NCBI GenBank assembly: GCA_951406725.2
Contig: OX597821.1
Coordinates: forward strand, 62,434,001 to 62,498,000
Length of the DNA stretch: 64,000 nt
Source of the DNA: Octopus vulgaris
Taxonomy: Eukaryota
Direction: 5' to 3'
The number at the start of each line of letters is the position of its first letter. The stretch's first letter is position 1. Under the pieces are notes generated by a model, which was given only the letters and a program-made list of their open reading frames with translations, was not told where the DNA came from and did no database searches. Below are positions 36,810 through 50,826 of the stretch, one piece after another. The position numbers and the translations under genes are program-made.

Positions 36810-37485
36810 AGTGTGAATGGTAAGAAGTCTGCTTCCCAACAACATGGTTCCTGTAGTGAGTTCAACTATAGCCGCGGGACAACCAAGGTTATATAAATTG
36901 ATTTGGTATACGGACATTAAAGGAAACCGATTGCATATATGTCTCCTTGTGAGTGTGTGTGTATACATGAGTATGTGCGTGTGTGTGTGTGTGTGCATGT
37001 GTGTGTGTGCGTGTGTGCGTGTTTGTCCCCCAACATCGCTTGACAGCTACGATTTCACTTCTAACGTTAACTATGGCGTCGCGGTAGCAGGATCGTTAGG
37101 CAGCAGGTGAAAATGCTTAGCTGCATTACTTCCGTCTTCATGCTCTGAGTTCGAATTCCACTGGGGACGACTTCTATCAACATCCTTTCGGAGTCTATGA
37201 AATAAGTATCAGTGAAGCATTGGAGTCGATGTAATCGACTAGCCTCTTCCTGCTAGCTTTCCCATTTTGGCTCTATTGAAGAAAGGATTAAAGACGTATC
37301 TATGGCAGTGAGCTAGCAGAATCGTTAACACGCAGGACGCTCTGAGTTCGAATTCCACTGTACCTGACTTTGCATTTATCCATTCAGGGTCAATAAGTCA
37401 AGTACCAATCAAGTACTGGGGTCAATGAAATCGATCAATTCCTTCCATAAGGTTTCAGGCCTTGAGCCTATACCAGAAAGAATTA
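36810..37485 (+). mobile_element. Cluster of diverged SINEs (family B 36810-37050; family A 37078-37270 and 37302-37485)
   Basis: Recognisable heads and cores (tggtaagaagtctgcttcccaac; ctctgagttcgaattccactg; actggggtcaatg). Confidence 0.7.
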
Positions 37486-38893
37486 ATAAATTAGATAAAA
37501 ATCTCTTCGCTTTCTCCCTGTACGTTTATTTTCTTTTCCACTTCATCTTTTACCCACGCAACCGATTCTCTGAAAAGTTGGATACTTTATTCTCTCGTTC
37601 AATAATTCTGACGATTTGTCTGTGTTAGCATCTCACACTTACACACATGCACACATATAAATAGACACATGTAGAGATATTGGTATATAAATATATATAA
37701 TACTTATATACCTGTGTGTATACATATACGCATATACGTATGTATACATGTATATACTTATACATACTAACATATATGTGAATATGTTTACGCATGAGAA
37801 ATCATTGCTTTCTGAATAATAAAATATAAAATATATTGATACAAAAATCATGAATTGCATTGCTTATACATATGATAAAATTTAAGTGGATCCTAAGAGA
37901 AAAAGGCTGAATTTTGCAAATATGAGAAGCACCGTTCAATATGGTAACAATAATTCCAATATTTTTTCACAGCATTAGAAAGCATATTTCCATCTAAGAA
38001 TTCTTCTCTACTTGATGCAGTATAGGTCAACGTAGACGTGTAGGTTCTTGTGTTGGAAGAATAAGATGTTAAGAGAAGTCATACAGACGAACGAGAAAGC
38101 GTACAGTTATACAGGTACTTTTCTATAATTTATAAATATATACACCAATACACACACACACTCTCTCTCTCTAAATATGTGTGTGTGTGTGTGCACGTGC
38201 AGCCGTGTAGATAGAAAGATAGAATGACAAGAGAAAGAAAGTAAAACGGATAAATGGAAGTGATAAAAGGAAGATAAGTAAACAAAAGGAAACGAAATAA
38301 ATTTAAAGGAAGTATAAGATAGAAATGAAGGAAATGGTAAGAACACAGAACGGAAAAGAGAACGAACGAATGTTAAGAAGAAAGAGAACATGTGAAAATC
38401 AAAAGGAAATTGTGAAACAACAACAAAGTATAAATAAAATGAAGTAGGAAAGTTGAAAGAAGGAAAAGAATGTAACATTATTATAAAGACGGTCGAATAA
38501 CGAATACAAGGAGAAAAAGCAAAAAATGTTAAAGATTATGAATAAAGTAAATTGCTGATTGAAACTTGCTGAACGATTATTGTTCAGGAAAGTAAATTGA
38601 AAAAGAAAGTCAGAAATCAAAAATAAAATATGAAATGGAAAAGAAAGGAATGAGATGTATGAGTTTAAGCAAATTAAAAGAAACACTCCATCTCCAATGA
38701 GTTATATTCGAGCAAGAAATTTATCCACGTGATTGAGAATTTAAGGAGCTACAAGGAGTGGTGGGTATGCTGGGTTGATATAGGTGATGGTGGGGCGTTT
38801 GGAGATTGTGGAGCTGGTTTGTGATGTAGAGTAGAATGAAAAAAGAAAATGGGTTGTAATGAGGTCGATTTGAAAAACACAGGAAATAAATGA

Positions 38894-38894
<1 letters not shown>

Positions 38895-38964
<70 letters not shown>

Positions 38965-39082
38965 TAGAAATAATAATAATAATGATAATAGGAAGAAGAA
39001 GAAGAAGAAGAAGAAGAAGAAGAAGAAGAAGAAGAAGAAGAAGAAGAAGAAGAAGAAGAAGAAGAAGAAGAAGAAGAAGAAG
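38895..39082. repeat. (AAT)n-(GAA)n microsatellites
   Basis: Directly visible. Confidence 0.95.
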
Positions 39083-39624
39083 ATATAAAAAAATATATCT
39101 GGAAGTAGAAGTTTTAAAGACATCTCAACAGGAGTTTAGCAGAATAATTTCTAATGAAGAATCCTGGAAGGAAAAAAAAAAGAGAGAAGAAATGGAGAAA
39201 GAAAAAAAAATCGAAGCAGAGAATTAAAAAACTGGAGGTAATGTGGTGTGGATAAATCAGCGATTTGCATTATATGTGATTGAGAGTGATTCAGAGAGAT
39301 TCACAGCTTTGGACAAGTAATTAGAGAAAGTAGACATCTATTAAATGTATAGAGACGATATAAAGTAGACACGCACCAACATATCCAACAACCGTCCATC
39401 TACTTGCTCAGCTATCCAACCACGTGCATGCGTGCATGCATGTATGTATGTATGTATGTATGTATGTATGTATGTATGTATGTATGTATGTATGTATGTA
39501 TGTATGTATGTATCCATACATGTATGTATGTATGTATGTATGTATCCATACATGTATGTAGGCACGCAGACAGAAAGGCTGACGGACAGACAGATTGACA
39601 GATAGATAGAGAGAAAGTGATATA

Positions 39625-39962
39625 GAGGGAATCGTCCTTAGTAGAAAGACACCTGTTGTTATCTCCTGTTGTTTGTATTTGTGTATCATTCTCCGTTTTT
39701 TCGTCTTTATTTCGTATACATTCGCTGCTTTCATTAAAGGGATCTAATGCTCTTAGCTTAGTTTTTCTTTGGGAATGGCCAGATTAGAGCAATCTCGAGT
39801 ATAACCAGCCGCAATTGCAAAGATAATCTGGAAAGAAACTGAGGAAAGAAAACTCCGAATGACCCGTCCTTGTCTTCTTTGTATCGTCTGTTTGGATGTT
39901 TTGTTGTCCCTTTTGTGTATCACCTAACTGTCTGGATGTTTTGCATTCATGTCCCATTTTGC
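39625..39962 (+). mobile_element. Family H2, second copy
   Basis: Homologous to 4450-4785. Confidence 0.7.
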
Positions 39963-40001
39963 ATGCATATATATACATACACACACACACACACACACAC
40001 A

Positions 40002-40091
<90 letters not shown>

Positions 40092-42452
40092 GTAGAAAGA
40101 AAGAAGGAAAAATAGATAGACAGATATAAAGAGAAATATAGGGAGAGAAAGAAAGATGAGGCGGCCAATTACCAGAAGTATTACAGTGATGGGTAGATAT
40201 CGTTACGGCTTTCTGGTTTCTAATTCTGTTGAGGTCAAGTTTGCACGTCATTGTTTCAGGGTAGGACAGATTATTAAAAAAATGGTTAGGTCCTGTATTA
40301 TTTCTAATATTTCCCATGGTGCCTTTTAGTTTATCACTTTTACTAGAAGAAATAAACTGAGGTCAGATGTGAAACGGAAGGGGTTACACATTGAACACAT
40401 GCCCAAACCACACTTACACCCGCACACACACATACAACTCCTCACATGTATTGCATTATAGCTCTAGAGAAATCCGAATTAGAATATGTAGAGGATGGTC
40501 AATGGCTTGAACAACATTTTGCTGCGTGTGGGTTTAAATGATGCTAAAGAAAACCGATAATAACACCACTTGTAATCTCTTCACATAAATTAAAAGTGAC
40601 ATCATGGAGTTGCCTTATAATATAACTTGGGAATTTCTTCTACAGAAAGAAAATAATTATCTAAACTAGCAAGTTAATTAAAGGAATTAAGCGTAGCATG
40701 CGTTTAAAAATAAAATAAAAATTAACCATAATTCCTTGGCACTGTGTTATTTAATTGGCATAGCTTTGAACCGGGCCAAACACCAATGAAAAACCTGTCA
40801 TCAAAAATGTGTTCAAGGCATACGAATTCAGCTGCTATTTCCAGCAGGTTGTAATGAAGTACATTGAGTGGCTTACATGACTTTTCGAGATGTTAAGATT
40901 TCACTGAATAAATACGAGGCATACTTTCATAGATATTAATATATAAGTATATTTATTACAATATTAGTCTGAAGTCATTTCATAGGAATTTATGTCATTT
41001 ATCTCGGTGAGATGTAAACCAATACCGACACTAGCAATTTTGATAAAATGAAGTCGTGTTACGAATCTAAATATCGTGTTATTCCATTACTAAGCGAATC
41101 ATCAGAGGTTCAAAGGAAGGTATGGGATGTAAAGGATTACATACTGAGCTTAATTGAATGGGGGCTAGGTGCCTGAAATCAAGCTCTTTCCGTAATTGTT
41201 GGAATATGTCCATATATTAGAACAGAGACGAACAGACATTGACGCGCTCACACACAACATGCGTATGTAACACGCGCGAGTGTATTTATGTCTGGTTGAC
41301 TGTGTTTTTGCTTTGTGTGTGTAAAAAAATAAGTTTCCCCTAAGCCAGCCTAGATGGTCACTGAATGCACAACTGCAGAAACGTAAATACTTGCCCACTA
41401 AAGCAGATAATCATGTTTACCCCAGTCCTGTACGAAGTTGATGACATAATGGGAAATTTTTATGTCCAGCTTAGCGATGATGTTTCGTTAGAAACCCGAA
41501 CATTACCGTATTCTTCTTAATGTGAACAATGCAATATTCGGTGGTCCAAATTTCATATTTTCCTGATGTATATTTTCGTATACCATCTATGTGGTTGTTT
41601 CGGAACAATGTAACATTCCTGGTAAAATCGTATGATTTATCAGAAAATTAATATCGATATTGCAACTTAAAGCAGAAATAAAGACGCAAATAAAACACTT
41701 CAATTTATGCTATACTGCAAAATTTTGGGTACTTATTCGTGCGCCATCTTATACAATCAAAGTCATTCGATAAAACAGTTAAGCTATTCCGGTTCTTTCT
41801 CATTGACCCCATCTAATGCCATGAGGAATAGCTAAAATGATTTTAGACTTATAGTAAAATATTTATTTCTTAGACAATGTTTTATATTTATTTGATATTT
41901 AAGTTCCTACCCATGAGATATATCTTATCTCATGTCGGTATGTTTATAATGTGTTTTCTTGGGTGTTAGTCGCTGTTGTTTGCATATATAACTGACACAA
42001 GATATACCGGAAGCAGCGGTCACTGGTTCCTCGGATTATGTTGTTTACTAAACTGTAACATGCCAACAATCGTTGAACGTCTGAACGTAGCTCAAATAAT
42101 GTGAGCCAATACATAACTATGTTTAAGAACCATAGAGATAAACATCTACACACACCCATACATACATATAGGCCCATACATACGCAGACATCTATATATG
42201 CGTATGAATATACATATGCATACATACACAAACACACACGCATGTATGTGTGTGTGTGTGGGGGGGTTAGAAATTGTTTATAACGACATATTTAAACTCA
42301 CAAATGTATATGCACTTGAAGAATTAATTACTATATCTTTCGTGTAAATATATGTCTATATTCACACACACACAGATATATATAAATAAAGGTGTGTGTA
42401 TATATATATATCTATAATATATATACTTATATATATATAGATATATATATAT

Positions 42453-42495
<43 letters not shown>

Positions 42496-43124
42496 TACAT
42501 ATATATGCATATACATATATATATATGTATACATATTTATGCGTGTATGATAGATACATACATACATGCATGCATACATACATATATACATACAGACAGA
42601 CATACGTACATACATACATACATACATGTACGAGCGTAATGTAGGTATGTGAATGACAAGTACAAGTGTACATTTAAAAGATATGCTACGCAGCAAAATT
42701 TAGGAAGAAGAATTACTTTGAAAGATGGCAAAATGTATATCAACAGCAGAACAAAATGATAAGTTTTACCCAATCTTCTCAACGAGAATCATATTCAATA
42801 ATCTTTGTTTTCAGATAAAACGCTTCAACGCTAACGCATCATTGAATATCCATGACTTGTTCCCTGCCTGTGGCAGCTGTGCAAGACTTCAAATCCAATT
42901 TGTAACTGCTTTTTCAGTATCTAACTTAAGGATACTTGCATCCATTACAAGCGTACACATTTTCCCATGCACGCACGCACCCTATAAAAGCGTATGTACA
43001 TTTCCTTCCTTGTGTGTGTATATATTAGATCTACGTACACACATTGGAACACGATACCGCAAACATATACTTCATGTACAGAACACATATTTAATGAAAG
43101 CAATGACCACAAAAAGAAAGATAA

Positions 43125-43620
43125 CACAGAAGGATAAGTTTTAACAAATGTTGTAGTAGTTTAATGCTTCAAAAGAAAGCAAAGATCTTTGCTGTTTCGG
43201 ACATTAGTCTTTCATCTGAAGAAAAATGCAGACGGGAAATTAGAACGGGAGAGTGAATAATAAAACGTTGCTGGAGGAAAAATACACAATTGTGTTTGGG
43301 CTCAGTGAGGGAATGCAGTTGTATGGAGAATTAAAAATGAGCATGTGGTGGGTGTTCATGCATATAATTGTGTATCCATTTAATATTTCCACAGTTAGAA
43401 AGCTAGTACTTATGGTGTTTTGGGGGTATGTGTATGTCTGTAGCAGAGTGCATATATGAGGTCATAGGGTGAGGATGGTTTTTGGGCGTGGGTGCAATCG
43501 TGTTGTGCTCAGGGAAAGCGTGAGTGTGAGAAGATGGAAGCGCTCGCGAACGTCAGGTGGTGAGAAAAGATGAATGTATGGATGTAGGCATGTATTTGCG
43601 AGTTTATGTTTGTGAGATGG
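43125..43620 (-). mobile_element. Penelope-like 3'/pLTR remnant with a degenerate hammerhead
   Basis: Minus-strand ctt CAGATGA A AGAC taat GTCC GAAA CAG C aaag (43181-43221), followed by an H1-like tail; the upstream region has the same GT-rich skew as 15400-15740. Confidence 0.45.
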
Positions 43621-43811
43621 TGTTATATGTGGGAAACGACAGGAGGAAAAAACGATGACAAAATAAAAAACAAAACTGCAAAAAGGAAATTATTTATATG
43701 TTTCAGAGAGAAAATAAAATTACCATGGAAGGACAAGTAGTATGCAATAAAAATGTGTACATGCGTCGGACTGTGAAGCGTGAAACGTATAAACGAAAGG
43801 TAGAACAAAAT

Positions 43812-43853
<42 letters not shown>

Positions 43854-43906
43854 CAGTAGTAGTAGTAGCAGCAGCAGTAGTAGTAGTAGTAGTAGTAGTT
43901 GTTGTT

Positions 43907-43954
<48 letters not shown>

Positions 43955-44053
43955 CCTGTTGTCGCTCTCGTTCATTTTGAAGTATGAGTAATTGAAGATG
44001 ATTTAAAACGAAAAAAGAAAACAGCTTTTAAAAAATATAAGAAAAATACCAGT

Positions 44054-44121
<68 letters not shown>

Positions 44122-44125
<4 letters not shown>

Positions 44126-44460
44126 GCCGTGATGCAGTACCAGGCAGTGGCTATCGTTGCTTCTGATCTCAACTGATTGGAAGTGTTATCATGTACATTG
44201 TTTTCTCTGGGTATAAAAGATGGGCTACAGCAAATATTCTGTTCCATACCACAGATTTGTTTGTCAGTTGTTTGAACTTAACCAGTTGTGCATGTCCCTT
44301 AGTGTCTGATGATATGAGCATCTCTGATCACGAGCGGAAGTAGTGGGGAGCATCATAGCCATGTGTTGAGAGGGATTCTTTGGAGTTTGAATAATTCAAC
44401 TCTAGAAACATAAGTGTTTCATTCAACATCCTTAAACAACCCTTTTTCAGGGACCTTTTG
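44122..44460. mobile_element. Family T, copy 2
   Basis: Begins after (AAT)n with aaatgccgtgatgcagtaccaggcagtggc and is colinear with 54851-55180. Confidence 0.9.
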
Positions 44461-44479
44461 ATGATGATGACGATGATGA

Positions 44480-44757
44480 TTTGAAGTGGGAAATACGAAG
44501 GTTGTAGTCAATGAAGACACCATTAGTAGTTGGTGCACGTGGAAGTATCAACTCTCATCTACCATCATAGTTGAAAAATATTGGTGCAAGTGTGAAGGTA
44601 GAACACCTACAAAAACCAGCATTTCTTGGAACTGCAAGAATTCTTCGCAGGGTTCTTGAAGCATTACCAGTAAACAAATGTCACCTTAGTCTGTTGACTG
44701 TTGACAGCTGACAATTTCCATTATAACTAGCAAAATAAGCTGTGAGTTGTCATGTAA
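44480..44757 (+). mobile_element. R4/Dong-like LINE 3' fragment (distinct subfamily)
   Basis: LKWEIRRL*SMKT PLVVGARGS...HLQKPAFLGTARILRRVLE plus 3' UTR; flanked by (GAT)n on both sides. Confidence 0.8.
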
Positions 44758-44959
44758 TAATGATTATGATGATGATGATGAGGATGATGATGATGATGAG
44801 GATGAGGATGATGATGATGATGACAATAATAATAATAACAACAACAGTATGTTATTTTGATAAGGCTTTATTTTGATAAGGCTTTATTTTGATAAGCCCA
44901 AGATCACTGAACATAATTGCCAATTCGTTTTCTTCACATAATTGAAATCCAATATCGAA

Positions 44960-47100
44960 TGGATTATTTATGAAGCGATTTCCAATCCAATCGTACTTTT
45001 CTCAGTTCCATGACTGAAAATAGTCGTCATTTTCTTTCTGTGCGTTTTCAGATAATTAACTACCATAGGGATCATTTCTTCAAACTTCGCCGATTTTGCT
45101 GTTTTTCCAAATTATAATTTTAATTTTATATGTAACTATCTGTAGATGTTACAATATTTTTGTTTTTCCTCTGCATATAACTGGTTGTAAGATTATGTTT
45201 TGTAAAACATCTCCGTTACATATTCCAACTTAAATTTTCATAAATCACATTTAAGTTTATTTACAGAATATTCCATGTTCCTCTTTATCAAAAAGATTCT
45301 ATTAATTCTTTTTGTAGTTAATGAACGCAAGCTAGCAATTTTCCTTTAGTAATGCAGTGCTCAGCGCACATTTCCTTACTCAGTTGCTCAACTACTCTTT
45401 ATTTCAGAAGTCTACTATTTTAAAAGTAGACCAATTTCAACTACTAAGTTTAACCCTTGCTTGAACACTTCTTTCAATACTTTTTGAAACCAGAACATCT
45501 ATATGTGAAAAAAAAACAATGTGCAAGAACAAGCGTCTGGTTTTCTTTTTCTAATAGCTATAAAAAAAACCTTTAATAGCGCCTATCATGCATTAAACAC
45601 CATTGGTACAAATGCCAACGCATCGTTTTCAAATTTGAATTCATCTTTTCAAAGACAACCAGTTAAAATAGCAAAAATATCTTGACCTCTTTTAAATGCT
45701 GGCATTTCTTTACAACCTAAAAACTTATTGATTATTTCATCTCCATCAAGAAAACGAATAAATGCAAGCAATTGAGTAGTACTACTAATAACAGCGAATG
45801 CATGAAATAGAAATGCAAATTTAGATTTCTGAAGTTTTTTATTACCTATTTTTTTAACTAGCTTCAGACAAATCTAAAATTTATTGTATCACTTTAAAGT
45901 AGAATTTTTTTACATCTTTTGTCTTTTACGTGTTTCATTCATTTGGCTGCGGCCATGCCGGGGCACCACCTTGAAGGCTTTTAGTCGAACTAAACGATAC
46001 CTGGACTTATATATTTTAAGCCTAGTAATTATTCTAACGGTATCGTTTGTCAAACCGTGAAGTTGCGGAGACGTAAACACACCAGCATCGGCAGTCAAGC
46101 AGTGGTGGGTGACAAACACACACACAAAGACACTAAACCATAAATATATACATATGGATCTGATGAAAATAGCATTAAAATATTTGTAGGTCGTTCAACT
46201 TTCCCCAAATGATAAATAGACCAATTGTGTAAACCTATCAGTAATATACATATAATGGCTACTAGAAACAGCTGTTAGCCAAATTTGCTTCAATAAAAGA
46301 ATAATTATGTAATGACCATTATTTTTAACTTGTCTCGTAAGATGATTTAAAATCATAATTTTAAACTATTAGATTTTAAAACTGTCATATTTATTATTAT
46401 TATACATTTATACTCACACGCATTTACATATATTTTCATATATATTTATATTTTAGCACAATAATTATTCTACACTTATATATATTTTCTGAAGAAATTT
46501 TCTGATATTAATTTCCTGATAGCATTTCACAATATGTGTATATATATATGGACTTCTTTCAGTTTCCGTCTACTAAATTCCCTCACAAGGCTTCAGTCGG
46601 CGTGACGTTACAGTAATAGATACGTCGCCAAGGTACCAAGTCGTGGGACTGGACCCGAAGCCATGTGGTCGAGAAGCAGAGATACATGGTGAGAATCATC
46701 ATTTTCAATCTGGCAGTATGACTGATTCAGCTTGTCGTAAATTGTTATTTCAGTTACTTCATTGGAAGTAGTTTGTGCCCATTCAGACACGGCTATTATT
46801 CTCTCAAACGTATTTTGTAGCAACGATCATTGATATAAGGGTCATTGCTAGTGATGCCACTAGGTTATTGATGCCAATGTTTAGTATAATACGATGTCTT
46901 TATAATTTACTTGTTACCAAAGATTCTTTGGACACTTTTCACCACGAACAGTACATAATGAGCTTGGATGATCAACATTTCCAAACCAGGAAAATCGGAA
47001 ATTTGAATAACTTTCACAAACTGTCAATTATGGTGAACTTTCACTTTTTTCTTTTTGCCCTGAAGCTTGTGAAGAATTGTTTTTTTTAATTCTGAATGCT
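44960..47100 (-). pseudogene. hAT-Charlie/Buster-type DNA transposon transposase, decayed and interrupted by a SINE
   Basis: Minus-strand motifs in order: FSWFGNVDHPSSLCTVRGEK..ESLVTSKL*RH (BED finger), VSEWAQTTSNEV..SHTA, SDTINFR, QLLAFIRFLDGDEIINKFLGCKEMP, GQDIF, CVGICTNG, LAHCF, MQRKNKNIVTSTD. Confidence 0.85.
45908..46690 (-). mobile_element. SINE family B inserted in the Charlie element; ~400 bp of extra DNA between its halves
   Basis: 3' half at 45908-46130 and 5' half at 46548-46690. Confidence 0.75.
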
Positions 47101-47657
47101 CAATTCTACACACATATCAATCAAAGTAATATTTTATTGTAATCAATTTATAAATGATAGATAGACAGCTAATGTTAAACTGATACAAATGATCAGAAGC
47201 TCATTGTTTTAGCATGTATCTTGTTTTTGTAAAGAAGCAAACGGAGTGTGATTACACTAATTTTTCTCTCATTTCTCTCATTACCATATCCGGAATATGA
47301 TTAAACAAATTTTCGTAAGAGAATTGACTGCAAGCGGGCGGACTACTTTTGTTCTGAGTGTAACAAATTGAAAAATAAGCATACTCAGATAAAATTAATC
47401 AAATCTTGATTATAAATAATTAAGTGTGGCTCTGGTTTTTAATCTTCAAACATATAGAGGTCAAACTTCAACAAAAGTTGCACGACCTCCGACCAAATTA
47501 TTTTCAACTTACCCGTCTGTAACTTTACCATTTCTATGTGAACTAAACCGAAATTTCCGTAATATTACAGATGTGTAGTGAAGTTGTCTATTATATATAT
47601 ATATATACATATATATGTATATATATATATATACATACATATATATGTATATATATG

Positions 47658-47688
<31 letters not shown>

Positions 47689-47840
47689 ATATGCATGTAT
47701 GTATATGTGCGTGTGTGTAGATTACATTTATAGATATATAAGCCATAAGATAATAAATTGTATGGCAAACACCTGGCAGCTTCCCGGAATGTATGTGTAT
47801 GTATGTATGTATGTATGTATGTATGTATATGTATATGTAT

Positions 47841-48170
47841 ACCCCAGAAACAGATGTCTGTGCGCCTGCAGGCATCTCTTCATTTAAATCAATGATTCTG
47901 AAAAGCCAATTGAGATGGTCTGGCAATATTATTCGAATGGCGGATGAACGCAGGCCCAGAGAGCTGATTTATGACGAGCTTGCAGAGGGGAAACGAAATC
48001 TGTGTAAACCTAAGAAGTGGTTTAAGGACGGCATAAGAACTACCACGAAGTCACTTGGAATGGAACCAAACGCCATATAAACCCTTAGTTTAGATCGAGC
48101 TGGATGACGAGTTAAAAATATAGCTTGATTCGTGTAACTCATGAGAAAAGAAACCATTGAAAGCTAACGC
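47841..48170 (+). mobile_element. RTE-clade LINE ORF2 3' fragment
   Basis: [50 protein letters not shown], homologous to the LRWLGHVCRM...RPQLRYRD region at 24400-24300. Confidence 0.85.
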
Positions 48171-48281
48171 TAATTCAAAACGCTTGAATAAATGTAATGA
48201 ATACCATAATATATTAGATATATTATAATATAGGTGACCCGTTAGCACTTAAAATCTAAGGACAAGTTAATAAACAAGTGT

Positions 48282-48344
<63 letters not shown>

Positions 48345-48348
<4 letters not shown>

Positions 48349-49462
48349 TGAGAATGTGTGTCTGTCTGTCTGTCTGTGTGCTTCCCTAAAACTTGAGAAC
48401 TACACAACCAATTTCATTCAAATTTTACTCATTCCTTACTTGGGGTCCGGGGAGTGTCATCGGCAAAAAAATTAACTTTTTGCCTAGGGTGAGCCCACAG
48501 CAATATCATATCTTCTCCACTACGATTCCCAAAAACTTGAGAACTACAATACTAATTTCATTCAAATTTTACACATGCCTTACTTAATGTCCATGTAGTT
48601 TCACGGGAAAAAATGTTCAACTTCTTGCCTAGAGCGAGCCCATAGCAAAATCATATCTTCTCCACTATTTCAGTATTACGTGTTAAAAGTGAATCAAAAA
48701 CATTTCTCTATTTTATGTCAGATACTTTCACTTTAACAATAAAAATAATAATAACAATTGAATTATATGTAGTAAGTAATAATTAAAATCAAACTAAAGT
48801 ATAATATAATCGTAACATAACAAAATTAAAAATAACAATTGGTATAAAATTGCATCAAAGACTTGACCTTGAATAAGTGGTTTCACATCAATGGGAATAA
48901 ATTAAAAATAAAATTAGCGTGCAGAAATGGAATAGTCCAGATGGATAATAAAAAATTAAATTACAGAAAAGACTATTGTCTATAAAGTATACAATGTAGA
49001 GAAAAAAGATTTGAACACCTGGAAGAAAGCACCATCGAAAAGTGTCTTGGTGCGACTATGAAAGATAGAAGCAAGGTTCGAGTCAATGGAGTACTCGACT
49101 CGAACTTGCAAAGTGAAAATATTTTATTTTTACCTTTATATCTGGGACGTAGGACGTGCAGGATAAAAATTGAAAATGCCCCACCCCACGAACTAGAGGT
49201 AGGCTGGATTCTAGCCACACTTCTATACAAGAGGGAGGACTATATACAATTGATCGAAATTGCAAGAGACGGGCTTACAATTCCAGTCTGTTATATATTT
49301 TGAGTATTGTTATCACTAGCGATATCAAGATATAACTTTGTATTTTGTATTTTATGTGTAGATGTATATTATATATAGATCTACATGCAATATGTACACA
49401 TATATATACACATATATACATGCACTAGCACTATGACCCGGCAACGACGGGTCATTATGCTA

Positions 49463-49463
<1 letters not shown>
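48345..49463 (+). mobile_element. Non-autonomous Helitron-like element with an internal tandem duplication and a captured fragment
   Basis: 5' (TA)n-actgagaatgtgtgtctgtctgtc; a ~145-bp unit duplicated (48387-48530 / 48531-48670); 3' hairpin atgacccg-gcaacga-cgggtcat plus CTAG|T. Confidence 0.65.
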
Positions 49464-49511
<48 letters not shown>

Positions 49512-49652
49512 TATATAAGTTGGTTATTCTAGAAACAGCTGTGACAGTCTATTTCTTTTATTAATATCATAACTACTATGCTCTATGTTTATATTGCCAG
49601 TGATACCAAACGTTTTGCATTTTTGTTTCCTATTTTAATCTATCTATCTATA

Positions 49653-49734
<82 letters not shown>

Positions 49735-49804
49735 TGTCAGTCTAACTATTTATATAGCTACCTATTAATTTATCTATTTATGTCTCACTTTCCCTCTCTG
49801 TATG

Positions 49805-49847
<43 letters not shown>

Positions 49848-50504
49848 TTACAAACACACGCACACAGACACAAATATACGTTTGCGTAGACAGAGAGAGT
49901 GGGAGAGACAGGGGTAGGGGATGAGCGAGGGATAAAAAGAGATGATGTTGTCACATGTAAAGCGCCAAAGATCATAAATATGATCGATCAGAGTAGACCT
50001 TTAAGTAAAGAACCAAAACGACAAATACAACTGTTCGGTGTGTTTGTTTCCTTGTCTGTGCTAAATACCCTAAGATCAAGATTTCTGTATCAACGACTTG
50101 GTGTACGAATTCTAATCTGACATCAAAACAGGTGTGAGGTGAATTGCCTCCTGGAAGTGTAGCTCTTTTATTACAAATCGATATATCATTTCTCAATACT
50201 AAAGTGCCAGAGATGGTTACAGTAGAGAAGGACAGCAAACACTGTCAATATTTTAAGCCTCAGTTGTCTCGGGCGGGAACAGAATTTAAACTGACAGGAT
50301 ATTTCAATATCCCTTACGCGTTTCAGCCTCATTCTCCCCCACCTCTCTCTCTCTCTCTTCTATGCCTTTCTATCCATATATTTGCCTCTAGCTCCCCCCT
50401 CTCCCCCCTCTCTCTCGATTATCTTGTTTTATTCACTCTCTTCCTTGCTAAGTATGCAAATAACCACACACACATACACATATATATGTTTGTGCACATA
50501 TGTA

Positions 50505-50690
50505 CACAAGCTGGGGCATCGCTATGAATATCTAGTCGAATGAATCGACCCGATACTTGTTGTCTTAAGCCAGGTACTTATTCAATCAGTGCCTTTTGCC
50601 GAACTGCTATGTTACAGAGACGTAAACACACACCAACACCGGTTCTCGAGAGGTGGTGGGCTACAAACATAGACACAAAGGCACATACAC
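50505..50690 (-). mobile_element. SINE family B, 3' half
   Basis: gctggggcatcgc...tagtcgaatgaatcgacc...aagccaggtacttattc...ttttgccgaactgcta...acgtaaacacaccaacaccggtt. Confidence 0.75.
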
Positions 50691-50763
50691 ACGCACACTT
50701 TCGCGTGCGCATATGTATATATATATACTTATTCAATCAGTGCCTTTTGCCGAACTGCTATGT

Positions 50764-50822
<59 letters not shown>

Positions 50823-50826
<4 letters not shown>

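Noticed and set aside
46160-46175. CTGATGA hammerhead box
   Set aside because: No stem II or properly placed GAAA follows.
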